A DNA stretch of 64,000 bases, from positions 7,703 through 71,702 of the forward strand of contig JBGPGG010000002.1 in assembly GCA_041483715.1 (NCBI GenBank), given 5' to 3'. Made by a program: the position numbers and the translations under genes. Of this stretch, positions 28,347 through 37,882 are shown piece after piece (position 1 is the first letter of the stretch; each line of letters opens with the position of its first letter). Origin of the DNA: Thermoanaerobaculia bacterium (GTDB lineage Bacteria; Acidobacteriota; Thermoanaerobaculia; UBA5066; Gp7-AA6). The notes beneath the pieces were generated by a model, which saw nothing but the letters and a program-made list of their open reading frames with translations, was not told the DNA's origin and made no database searches.

Positions 28347-30740
28347 TTGCGATTCGACGAAATCAACCGCGTTTTCGAGATCTCCGTGCGCGAGCTAGCA
28401 GAGGACCAGGGCTTTCGCCGGGTGGGTTTCGATCGCGGAGACGGGTGGCGCCGGCTCGGCCTCGGCGCACAGATCCACAGCCGTGTCCTCAACGAGAGAC
28501 GCAACGCACATCCGGCTTACCGGGCCGAGGTGCACCTCGAAGCGCGCCTGCCCGTGGAGGACTGGACGGCCGTGCTGACCGGCCGGCTCGACGGCTGCAT
28601 CGAGCGCTCGCCCGGGCAGTGGCTCATCGAGGAGCTCAAGTCCACGAACCTCTCCGTCGACGGGGTCCGGCCATCCGGATACGCCTTCGAGCGCGACCGC
28701 CGGCAGCTCTACGGATACTGCTACCTGTGGCGCCGCCTCGGCCATGGCAGCGTGAACGGGGCGCTCGTCTACGTGGACATCGAGACTGGCGAGGAGCTCT
28801 CGCTCGACGTGCCCTTCGACGACGACATCGAGCGCGAGGTCGAGCGCCGCCTCGCGCGAGCACTCGCGATCTGGCGGGCCTCGAAGGTCGCGCGCCAGCG
28901 CAAGGCCGCCGCCGCAGAGCGGCTCCCTTTCCCGCACACGGCCCCGCGCCCCATCCAGGAAAAGCTCATCGAGGCGATCCGCAACGCCGTGGCTTCCGGC
29001 CAGAACCTGATCGCGGAGGCCCCGACCGGCTCCGGCAAGACCGCGGCCGCGCTCTATCCCGCCCTCGCGGCGGGGCTCGCGTCCGGACGCCAGATCGTCT
29101 TCCTGACCTCGAAGACGCTGCAGCAGAAGATGGCCGTCTCCTCGCTCGTCGCGATGAACGAGCGGGCGTTCCACACGGTCCAGGTCCGCGCCAAGGAGCG
29201 GATGTGCGCGAACGACAAGATCCTCTGTCACGAGGAGTTCTGCCGGTTCGCCAAGGACTACCCCGAGAAGATGGAACGCTCGAACCTGCTCGGCCGTCTC
29301 CGGGACGGCTACGCCCACCTCGACCCGGACACCGTCTTCGAGGAGGCCCGGCGCGAAGAGGTCTGTCCTTTTGAGGTGCAGCTCGAGCTCGCCTCCCGCG
29401 CCGACGCCATCGTCGCCGACTACAACTACGTCTTCGAGCCGGCCGCCGCGCTGCGGCACCTCACCGGGGAAGACCTGTCGGCAGCGATCCTTCTCATCGA
29501 CGAAGCCCACAACCTTCCCGACCGCGCGCGCCAGATCTTCTCGCCCGAGATCCTCGAAGAGGACCTTGCGGCGCTGCGCAACCGGCTGGCCCTCCAGCCG
29601 GGCGATCTCTTCGCGGACATCGCGATCTCGATCGAGGAGCTCATGGAGATCCTCGCGGCGGCCGCCGGGGACCTCCCGGAGGGAGAAGCGATCGCGGAAA
29701 TCGCGCCGCCCACCGAACGGATCCTCGACCTGCGCGTGGACTGGGAAGCCAAGCTCATGCGCTACCTCGCCTGGAAGCGGGAGACGCGGCTTGCCCTCGT
29801 GGACGATCCCGTCATGGATTTCCACTTCATGCTGCAGCGCTTCACGGCGGTGCTCTCGATGCTCGGGCCCGACTTCACGAGCGTGGTCGAGCGGCGCGCG
29901 AATGGGATCCGGCTCGGCCTCGTCTGCCTCGACCCCGCGCGGGCGCTGGCTCCCGTCTTCCGCTGTGCCCACTCGACGATCCTGCTCTCGGCCACCCTGA
30001 CGCCGCCCGAAGCGATCGAGAGGATCCTCGGCCTCGAGAAGGACCGCACGTCATCGATCTCGCTGCCGCCGCCCTTTCCTCCCGAAAACCGGAAGGTGAT
30101 GATCGTCCCGACCGTGCGGACGACCTTCAAAGCGCGCGAGAGGAACTACGAACGGATCGCGCTCCTGCTCGCCGGCATGTCCGACGCCCACGGCGGCAAC
30201 GATCTGGTTCTCTTTCCCTCCTACCGTTTCCTCACCGCGGTGGCCGACCGCATGCCGCAGACCCGCTCGCGCCTGCTCCTCCAGCGGCCGGACCTCACGG
30301 CCTTCGAGAGGCAGCAGCTGCTCGAGGCTCTCTCGTCACCGCCGCCCGGAGGCACGCTCCTCTTCGCCGTCTCTGGCGGCATGTACGCCGAGGGCGTGGA
30401 CTACCCGGGAGAGCTGCTCTCGGCCGTCTTCGTCGTCTCGCCGGCTCTGCCCCAGATGTCGTTCGAGCGGGAGCTCCTGCGCCGCTACTTCGACGACAAG
30501 GAAGAGGCCGGCTTCGACTACGCCTACCTGCAGCCCGGCATGACGCGCGTCGTGCAGGCGGCCGGAAGGCTCATCCGCAGCGAGACGGACCGCGGTGTGA
30601 TCGCGCTCGTGTGCGCGCGCTTCCTCGAGGAGCCGTACGCGAGCCGCCTGCCGCGCGACTGGTACGACGAGAGCCCGCGCGAGCTCGCGACGCGGCGCCC
30701 GGCCGACGAGATCCGCGAGTTCTTCGAGAGGTATCAGTGA
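28347..30740 (+). CDS. XPD/DinG-family Fe-S DNA helicase with N-terminal PD-(D/E)xK (RecB/Cas4-like) nuclease domain
   Basis: The N-terminus has GRLDG...IEELKS...QLYGYCYLW. The helicase part has AEAPTGSGKT and DEAHNLP, and Cys residues in CANDKILCHEEFC...CPFE. Confidence 0.85.
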   Translation: MRFDEINRVFEISVRELAEDQGFRRVGFDRGDGWRRLGLGAQIHSRVLNERRNAHPAYRAEVHLEARLPVEDWTAVLTGRLDGCIERSPGQWLIEELKSTNLSVDGVRPSGYAFERDRRQLYGYCYLWRRLGHGSVNGALVYVDIETGEELSLDVPFDDDIEREVERRLARALAIWRASKVARQRKAAAAERLPFPHTAPRPIQEKLIEAIRNAVASGQNLIAEAPTGSGKTAAALYPALAAGLASGRQIVFLTSKTLQQKMAVSSLVAMNERAFHTVQVRAKERMCANDKILCHEEFCRFAKDYPEKMERSNLLGRLRDGYAHLDPDTVFEEARREEVCPFEVQLELASRADAIVADYNYVFEPAAALRHLTGEDLSAAILLIDEAHNLPDRARQIFSPEILEEDLAALRNRLALQPGDLFADIAISIEELMEILAAAAGDLPEGEAIAEIAPPTERILDLRVDWEAKLMRYLAWKRETRLALVDDPVMDFHFMLQRFTAVLSMLGPDFTSVVERRANGIRLGLVCLDPARALAPVFRCAHSTILLSATLTPPEAIERILGLEKDRTSSISLPPPFPPENRKVMIVPTVRTTFKARERNYERIALLLAGMSDAHGGNDLVLFPSYRFLTAVADRMPQTRSRLLLQRPDLTAFERQQLLEALSSPPPGGTLLFAVSGGMYAEGVDYPGELLSAVFVVSPALPQMSFERELLRRYFDDKEEAGFDYAYLQPGMTRVVQAAGRLIRSETDRGVIALVCARFLEEPYASRLPRDWYDESPRELATRRPADEIREFFERYQ

Positions 30741-31174
30741 AAAACCCGTACATGAACCCGAGGATGCCGCGGCTGACGGTCGACGCGTGGATCCGCGATC
30801 GGAGCGGGCGCGTCCTGCTCGTGAGCCGCGGGCGCCCGCCCTTTCTCGGACACTGGGGCCTGCCCGGAGGCTTCTGCGAATGGAAGGAGACGACAGAGGA
30901 CTGCTGCGCGCGAGAGACGCTCGAGGAAACGGGCCTGCACGTGCGCGTCGGCGCGCTGCTCGGCGTGTACTCGAAGCCGGACCGCGACCCCCGCGGCCAC
31001 AACATCACCGTGCTCTACGCGGCGAAGCCCCTGCGCGGGCGCGCCGAAGGAGGCGACGACGCGGCCGAGGCCCGCTGGTTCACGCCACGCGAGATCCGCA
31101 AGCTCGACTTCGCGTTCGACCACCGGGAGATCGTCTTGGAGCAGCTGGCGAAGGACCGCTCGCGCCGGCTCTGA
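30737..31174 (+). CDS. NUDIX hydrolase
   Basis: GLPGGFCEWKETTEDCCARETLEETG (Nudix box). The start is GTG 30737 (GTGA overlap), ATG 30752 or ATG 30764. Confidence 0.8.
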   Translation: MKNPYMNPRMPRLTVDAWIRDRSGRVLLVSRGRPPFLGHWGLPGGFCEWKETTEDCCARETLEETGLHVRVGALLGVYSKPDRDPRGHNITVLYAAKPLRGRAEGGDDAAEARWFTPREIRKLDFAFDHREIVLEQLAKDRSRRL

Positions 31175-31271
31175 ACCGCCGATCTGCCGTGATCCCGACG
31201 CCCTATTGAAGACGCGGCTCGGCGACGAAAGCGATCCCTCGCTCCGCTCGGGATGACAGGGCTGCGCCCTG

Positions 31272-32729
31272 TCAATCCGCCGTCTTCAACGTCACAGCGA
31301 AAGCTCTCGCGAGAACGCCTTCGCTCGTGACGGCCCACACGGTGTAGCGGTAGAAGGCCCCGGGCGTCGTGCTCGAGTCCACGAACTCGTACCGGAACGA
31401 CGCCTCGGCGCGCTCGGAGGACGGGATGATCTCCGGCCCCGTGCGCGCGATCCGCCCGTCGGCAAGCACTTCCTCGCGGAAGATCGCCCAGCCCCACAGG
31501 CCCTCGTGGCTCGCCGTCGTCCAAATCAACTGCGGGCCTTCGGCCGCCGCCGCGGCCCGCGCCTCGAGCCTGCGATAGGGAACGTCCGACGAGAGGGCGC
31601 CGTACACGGGCGCGATGACTCCCCACGCTCCATCGGCGCTTCCAGCCACCAGCCAGTCGATGCGCGCAACGCCTGAAAGCGGGATCGCGCGAGCGTCCCC
31701 GGCGGAAAAGAACACCACGTCCGGCGCTAAGCCAGCGTCGCGATAGCGGACGACCGCCGCGCCGACTGCGCCGTCCGGCGGCCAGGCCACGCGCAACGTC
31801 TCGTCCGTCTCCGGCAGAAACGCGCGGTGCCGCACGGTGAGGGCCGCCGGCGCCGCGGCGTCGATCGCTCCGGACTGGACATCGAGCAGGCGCAGGCGCG
31901 ACGGCGAGGCTTCGGGCTCGACCGATGCGTACAGGCGCGCGGCCGCGCGCAGCAGGATCTGCTCCGCGCTCTCGCCCGTGCTCTCGGCGACGTTGCGCAG
32001 GAGCACGTCCATGGGCGGCTCGCCCTGATCCGCCGCGCGCTCCCAGGCTTCCCGCAGGATGCCGTTGCTCCCGGCGGCCCGCGCGACCTCGGCGACCCAG
32101 AGCGACCCGAGAACTTGCGGCCGCGCGCGGAAATCGAGCGACGGCGCGGCCGCCGCGATCCAGACCTCTTCGGCGTTCGCGCTGCCCGCGCGCCCGGACA
32201 GGTACTCCGCGATCGCCGGGCCGAGGAACCCGTCCTCGACGTCGTACCCGGAAAGGGTCGCCAGCGCCACCTGGCGGCCGACCTCCCGGGCGATCTGCGG
32301 CGTCGACAGCCCCGACGCATCGAGCAGAACGGCAGGCGACTCGAGCCGGCCCTTCGCGCCCGGCCGCCCCGCGACCTCCCGCACGCCCCCCGACTCCCGC
32401 CGGGCGACGTAAATGCGGAGCGGCTCGCCGTCGGCGAAGGGGACGCGCCAACCCTGGCGGACGTACAACTCGTCGGAGAGCCAGCGAAGCTCGCTCGCGA
32501 GGGCGGCGGAAAGACTCGGGTCGTCGGCCTCGTCGAACAGCACCGCGCGGGCGGACGCAATCACGCGCGGCGGGAGGAAATGCCTCTCCGGGCTCTGCGC
32601 CCAGGCCAACCGCTGCGCCCGCACGGCGCCGTCCGGGGAGGCAGCGTAGGCCGGCACGGACGCCAGCACCGCTGCAAGGCCGAGTAGGACCCGGCCGGTC
32701 CGAAAGCGGGGCTGCCGGACAGTGATCAT
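31272..32729 (-). CDS. Hypothetical secreted protein
   Basis: N-terminal signal-like GRVLLGLAAVLASVPAYAA. 485 aa. No family was recognised. Confidence 0.6.
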   Translation of the reverse strand: MITVRQPRFRTGRVLLGLAAVLASVPAYAASPDGAVRAQRLAWAQSPERHFLPPRVIASARAVLFDEADDPSLSAALASELRWLSDELYVRQGWRVPFADGEPLRIYVARRESGGVREVAGRPGAKGRLESPAVLLDASGLSTPQIAREVGRQVALATLSGYDVEDGFLGPAIAEYLSGRAGSANAEEVWIAAAAPSLDFRARPQVLGSLWVAEVARAAGSNGILREAWERAADQGEPPMDVLLRNVAESTGESAEQILLRAAARLYASVEPEASPSRLRLLDVQSGAIDAAAPAALTVRHRAFLPETDETLRVAWPPDGAVGAAVVRYRDAGLAPDVVFFSAGDARAIPLSGVARIDWLVAGSADGAWGVIAPVYGALSSDVPYRRLEARAAAAAEGPQLIWTTASHEGLWGWAIFREEVLADGRIARTGPEIIPSSERAEASFRYEFVDSSTTPGAFYRYTVWAVTSEGVLARAFAVTLKTAD

Positions 32730-32805
32730 TTCCTGAGGGTAGTCCTTGGGTCTAGGCGCGTCAATTGGTGTACGGACTTGCCAGGGAGGGCGTTGAGGCG
32801 CGGAG

Positions 32806-33603
32806 CTACTGTTCTTCTTCCGCGGCCGGCCCGAGCTCCTCGACCCTCACCAACACGACCGTGATGTTGTCGACGCCGCCCTTCTCGTTGGCGAGGTCGA
32901 CCAGAACGTGGCAGATGTCCTCGGCGCCCTTCGTGTCGTCGGCCGCGATCATGTCGCGGATTTCTTCGTCCGAGAGCATGGTCGTCAACCCGTCCGAGCA
33001 GAAGAGAAACATGTCGCCGATCTTGAACTCCATCTCGCGCAGGTCCGGCGAAACGGAGGCGCCGCCGCCGAGGGCCCGCGTCACCACGTTCTTCAACGGA
33101 TGCGTCTTGGCCTCGTCCTCGGTCAGGATCCCCGCCGCCACCTGCTCGTGGACCCAGGAATGGTCGTCGGTCAGGCGCGTCAGCTCGCCCGCGCGATAGA
33201 GATATGCCCGGCTGTCTCCGACATGGGCGAGAGACAGGATCTTTTCGTTCAGGAGGCCCGCGACCACGGTCGTCCCCATTCCCTTCAGCCAGGGCTGGGC
33301 CGCGACCGCGGCCATCACCCGCTCGTTCGCTTTCTCGATCGCCACGGCGAGGCGGTTGCTGTTGAACTGAAGCTTGTGGTCGTACTTGAACGGCCAGGTC
33401 GCCTCTTCCTTCTGTCGCGTGGCCGCGATGAACTCCCCGATCGTCTCCACCGTGATCTTCGCCGCGACCTCACCGGCCGCGTGACCGCCCATCCCGTCGG
33501 CGACGACGAAGAACCCCTCGCCTGCCTCGAGCGCGAAGGCGTCCTCGTTGTGCTTGCGCTTCTTGCCGACGTCGGTCAGGCCGAAGACATCGATCTGGGC
33601 CAT
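32806..33603 (-). CDS. PP2C-family Ser/Thr protein phosphatase
   Basis: TDVGKKRKHNEDAF, VADGMGGHAAGE and DNITVVLV. Confidence 0.9.
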   Translation of the reverse strand: MAQIDVFGLTDVGKKRKHNEDAFALEAGEGFFVVADGMGGHAAGEVAAKITVETIGEFIAATRQKEEATWPFKYDHKLQFNSNRLAVAIEKANERVMAAVAAQPWLKGMGTTVVAGLLNEKILSLAHVGDSRAYLYRAGELTRLTDDHSWVHEQVAAGILTEDEAKTHPLKNVVTRALGGGASVSPDLREMEFKIGDMFLFCSDGLTTMLSDEEIRDMIAADDTKGAEDICHVLVDLANEKGGVDNITVVLVRVEELGPAAEEEQ

Positions 33604-33610
33604 CGCGGCG

Positions 33611-34231
33611 TTAGCCTCGCCCCGTCCGCTGCACGCGGATCTCTTCGAGGGCCCTGCGCGCTTCGCCCGCTGCCGGGTCCCAGCGGATCGCTTCCTGGTA
33701 GGCCTTCTCCGCCTTCAGCAGCAATCCGGCCTGCCGGAAAATGGCGCCGGCGTCCTTGAGCAGCGCCCCGTTGTGCGGCTCCAGGACGAGCGCGGATTCG
33801 ATCGCCTTGACCGCGGCGCGCAAGTCGCCCGCGCGGGCCGACGCGAGACCGAGGTAGTGCTGCGCCTTGACGTCCTTGGGATTGCGCCCCACGGCGAGCT
33901 GGAAGTTGCCGGCCGCCTCGGCGAACCTGCGGTCCTTGTAGGCCGCGATGCCCTGGCCGAGGTAGTTCTGCGCCACCGGGTCCACGTCGTCGGACATGCC
34001 GGCGGCCGCGGCCAGATCGAAGTCGTAGGCCTTGCGCCGCTCGGGGCTCGTCAGCACGTTCACGGCTTCGGTCAAGTCCTGGAATTTCGCTTCCGCTCCC
34101 GCCTTCTTCGCGGCGGGAGCGCGGTCCGGGTGGGCTTCGCGCGCCAACGTTCGAAAACGCTCGCGAATCTCGACCTCGCTGGCGTCACGCGCCACGCCCA
34201 GCAACTCGTAGTAGTCAATGTCTCGCGACAT
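33611..34231 (-). CDS. J-domain (DnaJ-like) protein with TPR repeats
   Basis: DYYELLGV...HPDR (HPD motif), followed by TPR-like AxxYLGxA repeats. Confidence 0.8.
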   Translation of the reverse strand: MSRDIDYYELLGVARDASEVEIRERFRTLAREAHPDRAPAAKKAGAEAKFQDLTEAVNVLTSPERRKAYDFDLAAAAGMSDDVDPVAQNYLGQGIAAYKDRRFAEAAGNFQLAVGRNPKDVKAQHYLGLASARAGDLRAAVKAIESALVLEPHNGALLKDAGAIFRQAGLLLKAEKAYQEAIRWDPAAGEARRALEEIRVQRTGRG

Positions 34232-34356
34232 TTGCGATGGAACCTCGACCGCGCTGCGGAAGTTCGACGAAGGTTAACATACGAGAAAGTAACGGCTTCG
34301 GCAAGCGCCCGCGCCCTTGCCGACGCGTCCCGGAAACAGCGTCCCGGCCCGAGCGC

Positions 34357-35469
34357 CTAGCCCTGCTTTTCGAAAATGACCTTCCGGGCCCCCATTCGGA
34401 TGCCCTCAGGAAGGTTCCGGTCGCGCGTGAGCTTGCGCAGGTCGCGCATTCCGAGGAACTTCACGAGCGGCAGCGTGATAGAGATGGGCACGGAGGGATT
34501 GCTGACGAGGGCGAGCTGGATCCGGGGACGCTTGATCCATTCCCGCGACGACGCGATCTCGTAGAAGATCTCGGTGTGCAGGTGCCGCATGCCGCAGAAC
34601 GACTCGACCTCGGCCAGCGTCAACGCCTCGCACCTCAGGACCGCCGTGCTCACGAGCTTGTTGACGTCGCCGATCAGGATCCGGCGCTCCTCCTTGGTCC
34701 CCCTCTGCGCGAGGCTCACCTTATCCTTGACCGTCATCAAGGAGATGCGGCGAAAGAGCGCGGCCAGGGCGCTCGAGTTCGCGTCCTCGTCGGAGAGCGC
34801 TCCGGCGTCGCCGGAATCCGCGCCCTCGCCCTCGGCCGGCCCTCCCGCCGCCTCCTCCTCCGGCTCGTCGAAGACGATGCCGGCCGCTTCCTGCTGAGCG
34901 CGGCGCTCTTCTTCCTCGAGCCGCAGGCGCTCCTGCTCCCGGCGCCGCTGCTCCTTCTCGAAGAATTCTTCGCGCATCTCGAGCAGGCGCCGCTTGCCGT
35001 CGGCGGTCAGACCGGGGTTTTCGAGGAGCGCGTCGATGAGGGCCGGCCGACGGAGCAACCGCACCTGGTTGATGATCAGCGCCTCCTGGGGCGCTCCGCT
35101 GACGATCGAGGCCAGGCGCAGCAGCGTGTCGTCGCCCGCGGCGCGGTTGCGGATGACCCGCTCGAGGACGAAGTGGTCCTCGATGTGTCGGCTGATGACG
35201 TCGAGCTCCGTCTCCGTCGGATCGGTTTCGTCCAGGTACCGCGCGAGGTCGTCGGGAGGGACCTGCGCGAGCGTCTCGGCCGCCGGCGGGCCGATGTCCG
35301 GATCGGGGTCGGAGACCACGGCGAGCAGCGCCCGCAGGCGGTCGTCGCGTTCCAGCGGAAGCAGTCCCCGGGCCGCGAAAACACGCAGGTCGCGCGGGCC
35401 GTCCGGCGATCGGACGATCGCGATCAGGTCCTGGGGATCGAGGGTCCCGGGGCTTTCGGCTTCGGCCAA
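34357..35469 (-). CDS. Hypothetical helical-repeat protein with acidic/coiled-coil middle
   Basis: 370 aa. The C-terminal approximately 130 aa are paralogous to 36290-36946, for example WIKRPRIQLALVSNPSVP versus WGPRPAVRSAVLRNPGLP. Confidence 0.6.
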   Translation of the reverse strand: MAEAESPGTLDPQDLIAIVRSPDGPRDLRVFAARGLLPLERDDRLRALLAVVSDPDPDIGPPAAETLAQVPPDDLARYLDETDPTETELDVISRHIEDHFVLERVIRNRAAGDDTLLRLASIVSGAPQEALIINQVRLLRRPALIDALLENPGLTADGKRRLLEMREEFFEKEQRRREQERLRLEEEERRAQQEAAGIVFDEPEEEAAGGPAEGEGADSGDAGALSDEDANSSALAALFRRISLMTVKDKVSLAQRGTKEERRILIGDVNKLVSTAVLRCEALTLAEVESFCGMRHLHTEIFYEIASSREWIKRPRIQLALVSNPSVPISITLPLVKFLGMRDLRKLTRDRNLPEGIRMGARKVIFEKQG

Positions 35470-35485
35470 GAGACGCGACCGGGAG

Positions 35486-36259
35486 CTAGCTCTGGGTCAC
35501 GCGGGCCGGCACGGGAAGGTCGCGGACGACCTGTCCCGCCCCTCCGAGCGGCTCGAGCGGCCGCCCGTCCACGGTGACCCGCACGCCTCCGGCGTTGCCG
35601 AGCGTGAGGCGGAAACCGTCTCGCGCCTCGAACCGCTGCTTCGTTCCGCGGCGGCTCAGGCCCGAGAAAATCGTCCGACCGTCGGCCGAAACTTCGGTCC
35701 AGGAATCCTGCTCGAACTCGAGGACCATCGAAACACCGGCCGCCGGCTTCGCGGGCTCCGCGACGGGCTCCTCGTGGACCGCCGGAGCCGGACCGGGAGA
35801 GACGGAAACGTTCTTGAAAGAGACGGGCGCGGCCCGGCGCACGGCGATCGGCGTCGCTGCTGTGCCGCGGCGCTCCGGCCGCGCGATCAATCCGAGGAGC
35901 AGAAGGATTCCCGTGACGCTGATGACGATCGTGCTCGCCGCCGCGCGGCGTCCGCGCAGGAATCGCGCGCGCAGCCCGCCACTCTTCGAGCCCGGGTCGC
36001 GCGACTTCTCGGGAGCGAGGTCCGCGAGGTAGGCATTCACCATTTCGTCCGGGGCGAGGCCGAGATGCCGGGAGTAGGAGCGAATGAACCCGCGGGTGAA
36101 TACGGGCGCCGGCAGGCGGGAAAGATCGCTCTTCTCGAGCGCGGTCAGCAGACGCACGGAGATCTTCGTGGCGGAGGAGATTTCCTCCAGCGAGACTTCC
36201 CGGATGAGCCTCTCCCGGCGGAGTTCCTCTCCGAACGTGAGGGCCGGTGTCTCACCCAT
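35486..36259 (-). CDS. rodZ: RodZ-like cytoskeleton protein (HTH + TM + C-terminal DUF4115-like domain)
   Basis: FGEELRRERLIREVSLEEISSATKISVRLLTALE and PAPVFTRGFIRSY are present, followed by one TM segment. The C-terminus has LTLGNAGGVRVTVDG. Confidence 0.75.
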   Translation of the reverse strand: MGETPALTFGEELRRERLIREVSLEEISSATKISVRLLTALEKSDLSRLPAPVFTRGFIRSYSRHLGLAPDEMVNAYLADLAPEKSRDPGSKSGGLRARFLRGRRAAASTIVISVTGILLLLGLIARPERRGTAATPIAVRRAAPVSFKNVSVSPGPAPAVHEEPVAEPAKPAAGVSMVLEFEQDSWTEVSADGRTIFSGLSRRGTKQRFEARDGFRLTLGNAGGVRVTVDGRPLEPLGGAGQVVRDLPVPARVTQS

Positions 36260-36289
36260 ACTCGTCTCCCGCGATGATTACTTTCGATC

Positions 36290-36946
36290 CTAAACCTCGC
36301 CGGCCCTCTCCGCAAGAACTCTTTGCGCACAGGCCTTTAGGAGCTCCGGCGTCCGGGGCGAGTCCCGGAGTCCGCGCAGGTCTTCCAGGCTGGCCCGGGT
36401 CAGGAGCGACAGGGCCAGTGGCGCCGGCAGGCCCGGGTTCCTGAGGACGGCGCTCCGGACGGCCGGGCGCGGGCCCCAGCGGGGGTGCTCGGCGATCAGG
36501 GACAGGACCTCCGGGGAAGCGCCGGGCTGCACGGCCGCCTGGACCACGTCCGCCTCGATCGCGAAGCGGTTTTCCAGGACCGAGGCCAGGACCCGGCGGT
36601 CGGGATCGAGCCGGAGGGAAAGCAGGGTCCCCCTGCCGACGTTGCGGGCCAGATCGATCCTTTCGGCAAGGGCCATCTCGGGGAGCCGCCGTAGAAGGTC
36701 CAGGTCTGCCGCCCGTCGGATCGCCGGGTGCACCCGCGCATCCGCCGACAGGAAGGCCAGGTCCCTCCAGAAGAGGGTCGCGACCAGGCCGAGGGCGTCG
36801 CTGCGCGGCGTGCGCGGGTTGGCGGCGAGCGCTCGCCGCACCGCGTGGAACTTCCGCGCGCTCCGGTCGGACAGGATCTCATGGAGCGTGTCGAGCGGGA
36901 GGTTCGCCCGGCGCAGCAGCTTCAGGCAGTCACCCTCGGTGCGCAT
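36290..36946 (-). CDS. Hypothetical helical-repeat protein (paralog of the C-terminus of 34357-35469)
   Basis: 218 aa. Starts 5 nt downstream of the trpA stop. Confidence 0.55.
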   Translation of the reverse strand: MRTEGDCLKLLRRANLPLDTLHEILSDRSARKFHAVRRALAANPRTPRSDALGLVATLFWRDLAFLSADARVHPAIRRAADLDLLRRLPEMALAERIDLARNVGRGTLLSLRLDPDRRVLASVLENRFAIEADVVQAAVQPGASPEVLSLIAEHPRWGPRPAVRSAVLRNPGLPAPLALSLLTRASLEDLRGLRDSPRTPELLKACAQRVLAERAGEV

Positions 36947-36951
36947 GCCCC

Positions 36952-37755
36952 CTATTGTGGATTGCGACGGCAGGCGAGCGCGAGGGATCGGGCAATGGAT
37001 TCCACCGCCTCCTCGCGGCGGTCCCCGGCCTCCTCCGCGGCACGCACCAGGGCGGACCCGACGACGACCCCGTCGGCAAGCGACGCGGCGAGGCGCGCGG
37101 CTTCTGGCGTGGCAATGCCGAAACCGATCGCGACCGGAAGTCCTCGCGCTTCTCTCCTCGCGCGGCGGACCGTCCGAGGCAGATCGCGCGGGAGCGCCTG
37201 GCGCGCCCCGGTCGTGCCCGACCGCGACACGACGTAAAGAAAGCCGCTCGAGAGCTTCGCGGCCTCTGCCATGCGGGAAGGCGGCGAGGTGGGAGAAACG
37301 AGGAAGACCGTATCGAGGCCCGCGTCGCGAAAGTGCGGCTGCGCCCAGGAAGCCTCTTCCGGCGGAAGGTCGGTGACGAGAGCGCCATCGAAGCCCGCGT
37401 CACGGGCTGACCTCGCGGCAAGGGCCGTTCCCCGGCGCAGGATCGGGTTCAGATACGAGAAGAGGACGAGCGCCATCTCCGTCTCCTCGCGAATGCGCCG
37501 GGCGATTCCAAAGACGGTGTCGAGCGTCGTGCCAGCCGCGAGCGCCCGCGACGCCGAGCGCTGGAGGACCGGCCCATCCGCGATCGGATCGGAAAAGGGC
37601 GCGCCGAGCTCCAGCACATCGGTCCCCGCGCGAGCCAGGGCCTTCGCCAGACCGACCGTGGCGTCCGGCGAAGGGTCGCCCGCGGTGATGTAAGCAATGA
37701 AGGCCGCGCGGCCCTGGCTGCGCGCCCGCCCGAATGCGTCGGCGATCCGGGTCAT
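36952..37755 (-). CDS. trpA: Tryptophan synthase alpha chain
   Basis: FIAYITAGDP, LELGAPFSDPIADGPV and GFGI. Confidence 0.95.
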   Translation of the reverse strand: MTRIADAFGRARSQGRAAFIAYITAGDPSPDATVGLAKALARAGTDVLELGAPFSDPIADGPVLQRSASRALAAGTTLDTVFGIARRIREETEMALVLFSYLNPILRRGTALAARSARDAGFDGALVTDLPPEEASWAQPHFRDAGLDTVFLVSPTSPPSRMAEAAKLSSGFLYVVSRSGTTGARQALPRDLPRTVRRARREARGLPVAIGFGIATPEAARLAASLADGVVVGSALVRAAEEAGDRREEAVESIARSLALACRRNPQ

Positions 37756-37762
37756 CAGTGCG

Positions 37763-37882
37763 CGGGAAACGGGAGCCGGGAAACGGGAAACGTGAAAGCA
37801 AAGAGATCGTGGTGTTCAGACATTCATACCCCTCCGCCTTCCGGCTTCCGTTTTCCGTTTTCCGTTTTCCGTCTTCCGCCTT
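37763..37882. repeat. Inverted pair of heptanucleotide arrays at the trpB-trpA junction
   Basis: Left array is CGGGAAA CGGGAGC CGGGAAA CGGGAAA CGTGAAA (37763-37797). Right array is CCGCCTT CCGGCTT CCGTTTT x3 CCGTCTT CCGCCTT (37834-37882). Confidence 0.85.

Noticed and set aside
31175-31271. Sequence gatccctcgctccgctcgggatgacagggc with a GACAGGGC-TGC-GCCCTGTC hairpin as a repeat-family member
   Set aside because: There is only one copy in this window, so family membership cannot be shown here. It is probably just a terminator-like hairpin between convergent genes.
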